Virus record (IMG/VR): IMGVR_UViG_3300048575_000501
Location: 1 to 34,623 of that record
DNA length: 34,623 nt
Origin: a virus
Lineage: Duplodnaviria > Caudoviricetes
Strand: one strand, 5' to 3'
The notes beneath the pieces were generated by a model. It ran no database searches, was not told the origin of the DNA, and was given only the letters and a program-made list of their open reading frames with translations. Positions within the stretch are counted from its first letter, which is position 1. Each line of letters begins with the position of its first letter. Shown here in pieces: positions 17,253 through 24,162 of this stretch. Position numbers and translations under genes: made by a program.

Positions 17253-18383
17253 ATGAACAAACTCTCTCAATTCCTTGCGCACATGCGCACCCCAGGCGCC
17301 GAACTCGCCGAATACGCGACCGCGCTCGACCTGCCGGCCGGCGCCAAGGCGCCCGACTGGGTCCAGCTCTTGCCGCTCGGCCGGATCACGCCATCACCGC
17401 TCGATGGTCGAGAGCCGTTCGATTTAAAGGATGCGGAAAAGGTCATCGCGGCGTCACAGGCGTTCCTGCGCACCATGACGATCGACTACGACCACGGCAC
17501 AAACAAGAAGGAAGGTTCATCCCGCGCCGCGGGCTGGATCACCGAACTCGCGTCGAAAGGCCCGAACGGAGAGTCTGGCATCTGGGGTCGGGTCGAATGG
17601 ACCAAGAGTGGCGCCGAGGCGATCGAGAGCCGCGAATACCGGTTTCTGTCTCCGACCCTGTTTCACGACAGAAAAACCCGTGAGGTCCGCTTCATCGTTC
17701 GCGCGGCGCTCACGAACGACCCTGCGCTGGTGCTGAAGGCGCTGGCATCCATCCAAACTGAGGAGCAATCGTTGGACCTGTTGAAAAAGCTGGCTGCCAT
17801 GCTCGGGCTCGATCCCGAGACGGCGACCGAGGCGGACGTCATTGCCGCCATCGAAGCTCTGGCGAAGAACCAGGGCATGGCCGATGACCTGGCCAAGAAA
17901 GACAAGGCGCTGTGTTCGATCGCCAAGGCCGCCGGCCAGACGATCGCCGATGCGTCGAAGATCGACGACACCATGGTCGCCGCGATCTGCGCGCGTTTCG
18001 GCGGCAGCGACGAAGTCGCCGCGCTGAAGGAGCAGCTTGCCGATGCCAGGATCGAAGTCTTCGAACTGCGCGGCAAGAAAGATGCCCGCACGCCGGAAGA
18101 AATCGTCGACGATCTTGTGGCGGCGGGCTCCATCACTCCGGCCGCCAAAGCCGAGGCGCTCGATATTTACAAGCTGAGCCCGAAGAAGTTCGAAGCGATG
18201 ATCGAAAAGCTCGGCGTCGCGACGCTCGCCACCCGCCATGCGCCGGAGAAGGTTCCGAATAAGGGTGGCGGCTCGGGCGCGCTCGATGACGACGCGCGCA
18301 GGGTGGTCGAATGCTTCGGCATCAAGGAAGCCGACTTCGTCGCCACCGCCAAGGCCAACATGAAAACCGAGGAGACCGCCTAA
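17253..18383 (+). CDS. Prohead protease / scaffold (Mu gpI family)
   Basis: PDWVQLLP.G..DGR..IDYDH..AAGWI..WGRVEWT..I..REYRFLSP..AALTNDPAL; ATG 17253 preferred over GTG 17121. Confidence 0.92.
   Translation: MNKLSQFLAHMRTPGAELAEYATALDLPAGAKAPDWVQLLPLGRITPSPLDGREPFDLKDAEKVIAASQAFLRTMTIDYDHGTNKKEGSSRAAGWITELASKGPNGESGIWGRVEWTKSGAEAIESREYRFLSPTLFHDRKTREVRFIVRAALTNDPALVLKALASIQTEEQSLDLLKKLAAMLGLDPETATEADVIAAIEALAKNQGMADDLAKKDKALCSIAKAAGQTIADASKIDDTMVAAICARFGGSDEVAALKEQLADARIEVFELRGKKDARTPEEIVDDLVAAGSITPAAKAEALDIYKLSPKKFEAMIEKLGVATLATRHAPEKVPNKGGGSGALDDDARRVVECFGIKEADFVATAKANMKTEETA
17772..18383 (+). CDS. Nested scaffolding protein (Mu gpZ-like), in-frame internal TTG start
   Basis: GAGGAG at 17760-17765 followed by in-frame TTG at 17772 just after the protease domain; helical Ala/Glu/Lys-rich product. 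Confidence 0.6.
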   Translation: MDLLKKLAAMLGLDPETATEADVIAAIEALAKNQGMADDLAKKDKALCSIAKAAGQTIADASKIDDTMVAAICARFGGSDEVAALKEQLADARIEVFELRGKKDARTPEEIVDDLVAAGSITPAAKAEALDIYKLSPKKFEAMIEKLGVATLATRHAPEKVPNKGGGSGALDDDARRVVECFGIKEADFVATAKANMKTEETA

Positions 18384-19168
18384 TGGCTCTCGCCAAAGAT
18401 AGACTGATCCCCACACGTGGGGCTGAGTTCTTCGAAAAGCCCGTTTCGGCGGCGAAGACGCTCTATGCCGGAGCGATCGTGTGCCTCAATTTGGCTGGCG
18501 ATGCGACGCCTGGTGCAACCGCACTCGGCCTGAAAGCGATCGGTCGTTGCGAAGAGTTTTCCGATAACGCGCTTGGCTTGGCCGGCGACGTTTCGGTGAA
18601 GGTCCGCAGCGGCGTATTCCGGTTCGACAACAGCGCCAACGCCGACGCGATCACCGACGCCTATGTCGGCGAGCTTTGCTACATCGTCGACGACTGCACG
18701 GTCGCACTGACCAGTGGCGGCGGCACCCGCAGTGTGGCAGGTCGCATCATCGAGGTCGATGACGCGGGCGTGTGGGTCGAGCTTGGCACCGTGGTTTTCG
18801 ATCGTCAGAAACTCGGCGTTCCGGCCTTTGTCATCGGTGCCGAGGCGGGCAACGTCATCAACGTTGCGGTGCAGCTGAAGGATGCCGCTGGTGTCAACCT
18901 CGCCGTGCGCGCATCGCTGACCGCCTATCTGGCGACCGAAGCCCATGGCGACGTCCTTGCGGCCGCCGCGCCTTCTGGCGGTGTGGCCATCGGCGCCAAC
19001 GGCGTCGCGATCCCGCTGGTCGCCGGCAAGGCTTTCCAGCTCGTGTCGGAAGCCAACGGCACTATCGACCTCAACATCACCGAAGCCGGCGCCGCCACCT
19101 GGTACCTCGTCCTGGTCATGCCGGACGGGCGCCTGGTCGCTTCCAACGCCATCACCTTCGCTGCGTAA
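18383..19168 (+). CDS. Capsid decoration/cement protein with extra C-terminal beta-rich domain
   Basis: GAGGAG RBS; PV.A..LYAGAIV..G..V.V..GVF.F.NS..VG..CYIVDD.TV..RS.AG.I..VD..GVWV; lies between protease and major capsid. Confidence 0.75.
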   Translation: MALAKDRLIPTRGAEFFEKPVSAAKTLYAGAIVCLNLAGDATPGATALGLKAIGRCEEFSDNALGLAGDVSVKVRSGVFRFDNSANADAITDAYVGELCYIVDDCTVALTSGGGTRSVAGRIIEVDDAGVWVELGTVVFDRQKLGVPAFVIGAEAGNVINVAVQLKDAAGVNLAVRASLTAYLATEAHGDVLAAAAPSGGVAIGANGVAIPLVAGKAFQLVSEANGTIDLNITEAGAATWYLVLVMPDGRLVASNAITFAA

Positions 19169-19192
19169 GCGGCCCAAGCTGGAGACCCAGAC

Positions 19193-20095
19193 GTGATCAT
19201 CAATACCAAAAACCTGATGTTTCTGACGACGGCCGTCACCACGGTCTTCAATGGCGCTTTCGCCGGCTATACGCCGCGTTGGCAGAAGACTGCGATGTAC
19301 GTGCCCGCGACCGGTGTTCTGTCGCTGGATTACACGTGGCTGCGTCAGCTCAAGAAGATGCGCAAGTGGATCGGCGACCGTCAACTCGACGCGCTTTCCA
19401 CCAACGGCTATCGCATCGTCAACGAGCCCTACGAAAACACCATCGCCATTCCGCGCCCGAACATCGAGACCGATCAGTACGGCGTCTTTAATCCGATGTT
19501 CGCCGATCTCGGTCAGACCTCGGCCGAAAATCCCGACGACAATCTTTACGGTCTGCTCAACGCGGGCTTCACCACCGAGTGCCATGACGGCCAGTATTTC
19601 TTCGACACCGATCACCCGCGGCTTGATGCGGATGGCGCGGAGAAGTCGTGGTCGAACTTCATGGGCGGCGAAGGAACGCCTTGGTTCCTGATGTGCACCA
19701 AGAAGCAGCTGAAGCCGATGATCTTTCAGGAGCGTGTGAAGCCGCGCCTGGTGGCGATGGACGATCCGGCCAATCCGCACGTCTTCATGAAGAACGAATT
19801 CGTGCACGGCGTCGATTGCAGCCAGGGCTTCGGCTATGGCCTGCCCCAGCTTATCGTCGCCTCACGCAAGGACCTCACGCCGGCCAACTATGCCGAGGCT
19901 CGTGCGGCACTGTCGACGCTGCTTGGCGATCGCGATCGGCCGCTTGGCATTGTCGGTGACACGTTGCTGGTGCCGGGCTCCTACGAGGAGAAAGGTCTGC
20001 GCATTGTCAAAACGCAGACCGAGGCCGGCGGCGGCGGCAACCCCTGGTACGGCACGGCCGAGCTGGTGGTCGAACCGCTACTCGCGACCGCGTGA
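19193..20095 (+). CDS. Major capsid protein (Mu gpT family)
   Basis: GTG start after GGAG; Y.WL..MRKWIGDR..Y.IVN..YENTI..IE.DQYG..C.DGQYFFDTDH..PWFL..KPMIFQER. Confidence 0.95.
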   Translation: MIINTKNLMFLTTAVTTVFNGAFAGYTPRWQKTAMYVPATGVLSLDYTWLRQLKKMRKWIGDRQLDALSTNGYRIVNEPYENTIAIPRPNIETDQYGVFNPMFADLGQTSAENPDDNLYGLLNAGFTTECHDGQYFFDTDHPRLDADGAEKSWSNFMGGEGTPWFLMCTKKQLKPMIFQERVKPRLVAMDDPANPHVFMKNEFVHGVDCSQGFGYGLPQLIVASRKDLTPANYAEARAALSTLLGDRDRPLGIVGDTLLVPGSYEEKGLRIVKTQTEAGGGGNPWYGTAELVVEPLLATA

Positions 20096-20102
20096 GGGCG
20101 TG

Positions 20103-20447
20103 ATGGCAAAACCCGACACCCATATCGTCATCAAGTCCAAGCGCGACGGCTATCGCCGCGGCGGTGTTGCCCATCCCAAAGGCAGCACCACTTATCCGGT
20201 GGGGAACTTCACCAAAGACCAGGTCGAGGCTTTCAAGAACGATCCGCGTCTGGAGGTGAAGCTCACCGGCGAGGATGCGGGCGGCGGTCAAGGCGATTGG
20301 CCGCCGACCGAAGAAGCCCTGGCCGAGATGAAGCACGATGCGCTCGGCGAAATCCTCACCGCGCGCGGCGTCGATCCAGTGCCGTTGAAGAGCAAGGACG
20401 AGCGCCGCGCCGCCATCCGTGAGCTGGTCGCGAAAGAGAAGGCTTGA
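20103..20447 (+). CDS. HI1506-like Mu-prophage protein following the capsid gene
   Basis: I.SKRDGYRRGGVAH..FT.DQ..F.NDPRL.V plus a C-terminal small helical motif. Confidence 0.75.
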   Translation: MAKPDTHIVIKSKRDGYRRGGVAHPKGSTTYPVGNFTKDQVEAFKNDPRLEVKLTGEDAGGGQGDWPPTEEALAEMKHDALGEILTARGVDPVPLKSKDERRAAIRELVAKEKA

Positions 20448-20455
20448 ACGAACGA

Positions 20456-20532
20456 CGCGCGGTGGAGCAGCTCGGTAGCTCGCTAGGCCCATAACCTAGA
20501 GGTCGTCGGTTCAAATCCGACCTGCGCAACCA
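20456..20532 (+). tRNA. Initiator tRNA-fMet (CAT) with C33
   Basis: 77-nt cloverleaf: C1:A72 mismatch, G2-C71, C3-G70, A11-U24, anticodon stem CUAGG/CCUAG, loop CC-CAU-AA, T arm GUCGG-UUCAAAU-CCGAC, encoded CCA. Confidence 0.93.
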
Positions 20533-20623
20533 GATACCCAGGGCCTCTCTGATCCTGCTCGCAAGGCAGTCAGCACCCTTTGGGAACCTTCGAAGGTAGG
20601 GGCTTAGCCCGGAGGCCACTAAA

Positions 20624-20660
20624 GGGGGCGGCGACAGGTGATCGCCGTCCCCACCTTTAT
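20624..20660 (+). terminator. Putative weak intrinsic terminator/attenuator after the head genes and tRNA
   Basis: 11-bp stem GGGGGCGGCGA/TCGCCGTCCCC (one G-U), 7-nt loop, followed by ACCTTTAT (poor U tract). Confidence 0.45.
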
Positions 20661-20671
20661 CGAGAGGCGCC

Positions 20672-21100
20672 ATGTCATACGCCACCAAGGCAGATCTGAT
20701 TGCACGCTTCGGCCAGGATGAGCTGATCAAGTGCACCGATCGCACCAACCGTCCGCCGACGACGATCGACGACGATGCTGTCGGGCGCGCGCTCGATGAT
20801 GCTGACGGCGAGATCAACGGCTATCTGGCGAGCGGCGGTATCGTGACGCCGATGGCCGCGCCGCCTTCGGTGTTGGTGGCCAAGGCATGCGCGATGGCGC
20901 GCTACCTCCTGCACAAGGATATGGCGACGGACAAAATCCGCGCCGACTATGAAGACGCGCGCAGCTGGTTGCGCGATGTCGCCGCCGGCCGGGTCAAGCT
21001 TGGCGACGTCAGCGCGCCGGCCAAAGCGCCAAGCCTCGGCCCCGTTAAGGTGTCAGCGCCGCACCGGATGTTCACATCCGACGCCATGAAGGGCCTTTAA
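20672..21100 (+). CDS. Head-tail adaptor (Mu gp36 / DUF1320 family)
   Basis: MSYATKADLIARFG..EL..TDR..ALDDA..EINGYL..P..L...AC..ARY.L..YEDA..WL.DVA.G.V.L. Confidence 0.9.
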   Translation: MSYATKADLIARFGQDELIKCTDRTNRPPTTIDDDAVGRALDDADGEINGYLASGGIVTPMAAPPSVLVAKACAMARYLLHKDMATDKIRADYEDARSWLRDVAAGRVKLGDVSAPAKAPSLGPVKVSAPHRMFTSDAMKGL

Positions 21101-21727
21101 ATGGCAAGCGCCGCCCTCACCGTTACCGCGTCGGCCGACCTTAGCGCCTGGCAGGGCATGGCCGATCGCCTGCGTGCGTTTGGCGGCGCCCCGCTCGATG
21201 CGGCAATGGATGAAATTGGTGAGGGTTTGGTCTCATCGACCAAGGCGCGATTTCACGCGCAGCATGATCCCAGCGGAAATCCTTGGAAGCCATCGCAGCG
21301 GGCGATTGACGAACAAGGTGAGACGCTGATCGATACCGCAAAGCTGATCGGATCACTCACCCACAATGTGATGCAAGGCAAAGGCGTCGAGTGGGGATCG
21401 CCGATGGTCTATGCGCGCGTACACCAGGAGGGCGCCGACATCATCGTCTATCCGCGGTCGCAGAAAATCTACCGCGATAAGGAGAAGCTGCAGCGCGCGG
21501 CCAACCGGCCGTTCGGTGAAAAGGTCGATCTCTCGCTTTACCAGTTCGTCAAGAAGTCAAAGGCGACGTTCGAGAGCTGGGCCACGATCACCGAGAAGTA
21601 CACGATCCACGTCACCCCGCGCCCTTATCTCGGCATCGACAATGCTGACATCGCGATGGGCATCGGCGTGCTGACCCGTCACCTGTCGCAGCAGCTTCTC
21701 GGCCGCGCCCTGGGGGCGACGTCATGA
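21101..21727 (+). CDS. Virion morphogenesis protein (Mu gpG / tail-S family)
   Basis: MDEIGE.L..ST..RF..Q.DP.G.PW.P..TL.DT..L..S..YA.VHQ.G..PRPYLG. Confidence 0.88.
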   Translation: MASAALTVTASADLSAWQGMADRLRAFGGAPLDAAMDEIGEGLVSSTKARFHAQHDPSGNPWKPSQRAIDEQGETLIDTAKLIGSLTHNVMQGKGVEWGSPMVYARVHQEGADIIVYPRSQKIYRDKEKLQRAANRPFGEKVDLSLYQFVKKSKATFESWATITEKYTIHVTPRPYLGIDNADIAMGIGVLTRHLSQQLLGRALGATS

Positions 21728-22161
21728 TCACACTGTCGGTCGACGGAATTATCGCCCGTATCGAGACGCTGAAAGAAGCCGGTGTCGTGAACGACGTTGG
21801 CGGTCTTGGCAATATTCAGGCCGCGCCCGAAAACACGATTGTCACCGACAGCGTGTTTGTGCTGCCGCCGACCAAGGCGGGCGGTCCGAACATTACGGGC
21901 ACAACGCGGGTCAACCAAAAGGTCACGACGCTGGTCGGTGTCGCGATCGTCTTCCTGAACATCGGCGCCGGCGCCGAGATGACGTCGCATATTCAAACGA
22001 CGTGCGACGCGGTCGAGGATCTGCTTCTCGGCTGGGTCCCGGGCTCCGGCCTTTCGCCCTTCACGCTCGCTTCGGCGCGTCCCGAGGAGATCAACACCGC
22101 CAAGGGGTATCTGATCTACAGCTTCATTTTTGAAACGTCTTATCACGCGAGGAAACCATGA
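21724..22161 (+). CDS. Putative tail terminator (Mu gp37-like)
   Basis: Synteny; V...LLGW.P motif; 145 aa. Confidence 0.65.
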   Translation: MITLSVDGIIARIETLKEAGVVNDVGGLGNIQAAPENTIVTDSVFVLPPTKAGGPNITGTTRVNQKVTTLVGVAIVFLNIGAGAEMTSHIQTTCDAVEDLLLGWVPGSGLSPFTLASARPEEINTAKGYLIYSFIFETSYHARKP

Positions 22162-22370
22162 CCGATAAACAACCGGACGGCCTCGCAGCCGGCCGTGTCT
22201 ACAATTTCATCCTCACCCTGCCGCACGCCGAGGCCGCCGCTATGCGTGCGCTGACGTTCGCTGAGCAGCTCAAGATTGTCCAGATGGATGGGGCCGACCA
22301 GGACGCGGCCATCAACGCGCTGATGCAGCCGAAGGCGGCATCCGCCAAGAAGGAGATCAAGAATGTCTGA
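22158..22370 (+). CDS. Small hypothetical protein
   Basis: GAGG RBS, ATGA-coupled, precedes the tail tube gene. Confidence 0.6.
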   Translation: MTDKQPDGLAAGRVYNFILTLPHAEAAAMRALTFAEQLKIVQMDGADQDAAINALMQPKAASAKKEIKNV

Positions 22371-23292
22371 ACAGGTCCTTCAGTTTGGCCTGGAAGAAAC
22401 CTACGGCCTCGACCCAGAGCTGGAGGCTACCAAGGCGTTTCGCGCCTACAACGTCCAGCTCACTCCGTTTGCCGGTTCCACCGCCGATCGCGCGCGCGCC
22501 GGCGTCGGGTCCGGCGCCTATCCTGTTGCCCATCTCGGCACCTATCAGACGCTGATGTTCGACGTCGATCTGGCCGGCGCCGGCGCGGCTGGCACCGAGC
22601 CGTTGTGGGGCGCTGCTGCTGAGTGCTGCAATCTTGCCAAGGTGGTCACGGCCAACACGTCGGTCACCTATTCGACGCAGAACTTCGTCGACGCAACAGC
22701 CAAGAGCGGCACGGCGTATTTTCTGTGGAACGGCATCAAGCACAAAATCACCGGTGCGCGCGGCGAGCCGAGCCTCATCTATCAGCCCGGCAGTATTCCG
22801 GTGTTGCGCTTTGCAATGACCGGCCTCTTCAATCCCGCGGCCGACGCTGAGTTTCCCGACGTCGAGGCTACCGTGGCGAGCTGGGTGGAAGGCGTCGAGT
22901 TCAATCCCGACAACTCGACCTTCTCGCTGTTTGGCGCTACGCCCGAGCTGCAAAGCGCACAGTTCAACCTCGGCAACCAGGTCAAGTACACCCCGCGCGT
23001 TAATGCCAAGCAGGTGCGCATTCCCGGCATGCGCCAGGGCGGCGGTAACCTGTCGTTCAAGATGCAGTCAGTCGCGGCGAAAGACTGGCTCGGCATCGCC
23101 AAGGCCAACACGCTCGGCGCGGCGCAGATCGTTCACGGCAAGACCGCGGGTAACATCGTCCAGTTCGACGCCGGCAAGCTGCAGATCGTCCAGCCGACGT
23201 TGAGCGACACGGACGACGAAACCTATCTGTCGTCGCAGATCCGGATCACCCGCAATCCGGGCGGCGTCGAATTCAAGATCACGGTGAAATGA
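22363..23292 (+). CDS. Major tail tube protein (non-contractile tail)
   Basis: AAGGAG RBS; E.TYG.DP..F.V.LAG.GAAGT.P.WG..V.Y..S.T.Y..GARG..P.L.F..TG..NLGN.V..HG.TAGNIV. Confidence 0.85.
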   Translation: MSEQVLQFGLEETYGLDPELEATKAFRAYNVQLTPFAGSTADRARAGVGSGAYPVAHLGTYQTLMFDVDLAGAGAAGTEPLWGAAAECCNLAKVVTANTSVTYSTQNFVDATAKSGTAYFLWNGIKHKITGARGEPSLIYQPGSIPVLRFAMTGLFNPAADAEFPDVEATVASWVEGVEFNPDNSTFSLFGATPELQSAQFNLGNQVKYTPRVNAKQVRIPGMRQGGGNLSFKMQSVAAKDWLGIAKANTLGAAQIVHGKTAGNIVQFDAGKLQIVQPTLSDTDDETYLSSQIRITRNPGGVEFKITVK

Positions 23293-23657
23293 CGATGGAC
23301 AAGTACGTTTTCAAAAAAGCTGATCCGAACGCGCTGCGCACTGTGATCTATCCCTGCACGATCAGGCGGGCCGGTAACGGTGGCACGGTGACCGAACTGT
23401 CGATCGACGTCGAGTTCGCGCTTATCGATCCCGACGTGATGGCAAAAGCAACCATGCCGTTTTCGCTCAATGCGACGGGCAAGGACGGCGATGTCGTCGT
23501 TTACGATCTCGCGGTGAAGGGGTTCCCGGGGCTGCCCGGCGCCGAAGGTGTCCCGCCCGCCGACGTCATCGCGTCGGTGCGCAGCGATCCCGAAGCCGTA
23601 AAGGGCATCGCCGCGGGTTATTTCCGCATGATCGCGGGGCGCGTCCCGGGAAACTGA
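23289..23657 (+). CDS. Tail assembly chaperone (gpG analogue)
   Basis: Between tube and tape measure; ends ..CCG GGA AAC TGA (slippery site). Confidence 0.75.
   Translation: MTMDKYVFKKADPNALRTVIYPCTIRRAGNGGTVTELSIDVEFALIDPDVMAKATMPFSLNATGKDGDVVVYDLAVKGFPGLPGAEGVPPADVIASVRSDPEAVKGIAAGYFRMIAGRVPGN
23648..23654 (+). other. -1 programmed ribosomal frameshift heptamer G GGA AAC
   Basis: X XXY YYZ in the reading frame of 23289..23657; the -1 frame (GGG AAA CTG AAA ACG ATC GTG..) is open into ORF 23666..24085. Confidence 0.85.
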
Positions 23658-23665
23658 AAACGATC

Positions 23666-24085
23666 GTGCGGGCGTTGATGGGCGAGCGCTTGCACGATCG
23701 TACCGAGACGGGAGGGCCAAAGCTTAGCGAAGCCCTTCTCGCCCAATTCGAGGCAATGAACGCGCGGCCTGAACAACTCGCCAAGCTGCGCAGCAAGGCC
23801 GAGCCCACGCAGGGGCCTGTGACCGTCGATATTGAGGCAGACGTTTGGGACGCATTCAGGGTCTTTCGCCTTGTGTTCATCAGCCAGTGGCGGCGCGAGA
23901 CGTTTGTTGCCGGCAAGAAAATCATCTCGACGCGGCATGGCCTCGACTACACCGCGATTGCAGCAGTCGCTGGTGGCGTGGGTGTTCCCGCATCCGAGGC
24001 ATTCTGGGAGCAGATCGCGGCGATGGAAACGATCGCACTCGGCATTCATCGCACACGAGAGGCGGCAGCTTTGCGTCGCCTCTGA
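23666..24085 (+). CDS. Tail assembly chaperone C-terminal part (gpGT analogue, reached by frameshift)
   Basis: W.AF..F....SQWR....GLDY.A.......I..ME..AL motif; no RBS of its own. Confidence 0.8.
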   Translation: MRALMGERLHDRTETGGPKLSEALLAQFEAMNARPEQLAKLRSKAEPTQGPVTVDIEADVWDAFRVFRLVFISQWRRETFVAGKKIISTRHGLDYTAIAAVAGGVGVPASEAFWEQIAAMETIALGIHRTREAAALRRL

Positions 24086-24126
24086 AATTTTTCCGAGGCC
24101 GCAGTCGTCGTTAGGCTGGCCACAAT
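24078..24126 (+). promoter_or_regulatory. Putative late (tail) promoter
   Basis: GCCTCTGAA-ATTT-TTCCGAGGC (24078-24099), then CACAAT at 24121-24126, same spacing as the other two copies. Confidence 0.7.
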
Positions 24127-24162
24127 GGCTCTAGAGCGGGTTTTGAAAGGTCCTTTTACAGC

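Noticed and set aside
18380-19807. 475-aa minus-strand ORF (and similar long antisense ORFs, e.g. 16086..17282, 17517..18416, 26251..27141, 30412..31257)
   Set aside because: Shadow ORFs opposite clear + strand structural genes in GC-rich DNA; no recognisable motifs
20456-20532. tRNA as an integration (att) site or host/prophage boundary
   Set aside because: Flanked on both sides by contiguous phage head and neck genes; the element encodes a DDE transposase rather than an integrase; no duplicated tRNA 3' fragment seen
20533-20620. Hammerhead or HDV-like (theta) ribozyme after the tRNA
   Set aside because: No CUGANGA/GAAA core, and no P1 partner found by eye for the bases right after CCA; kept only as a generic structured RNA pending a covariance search
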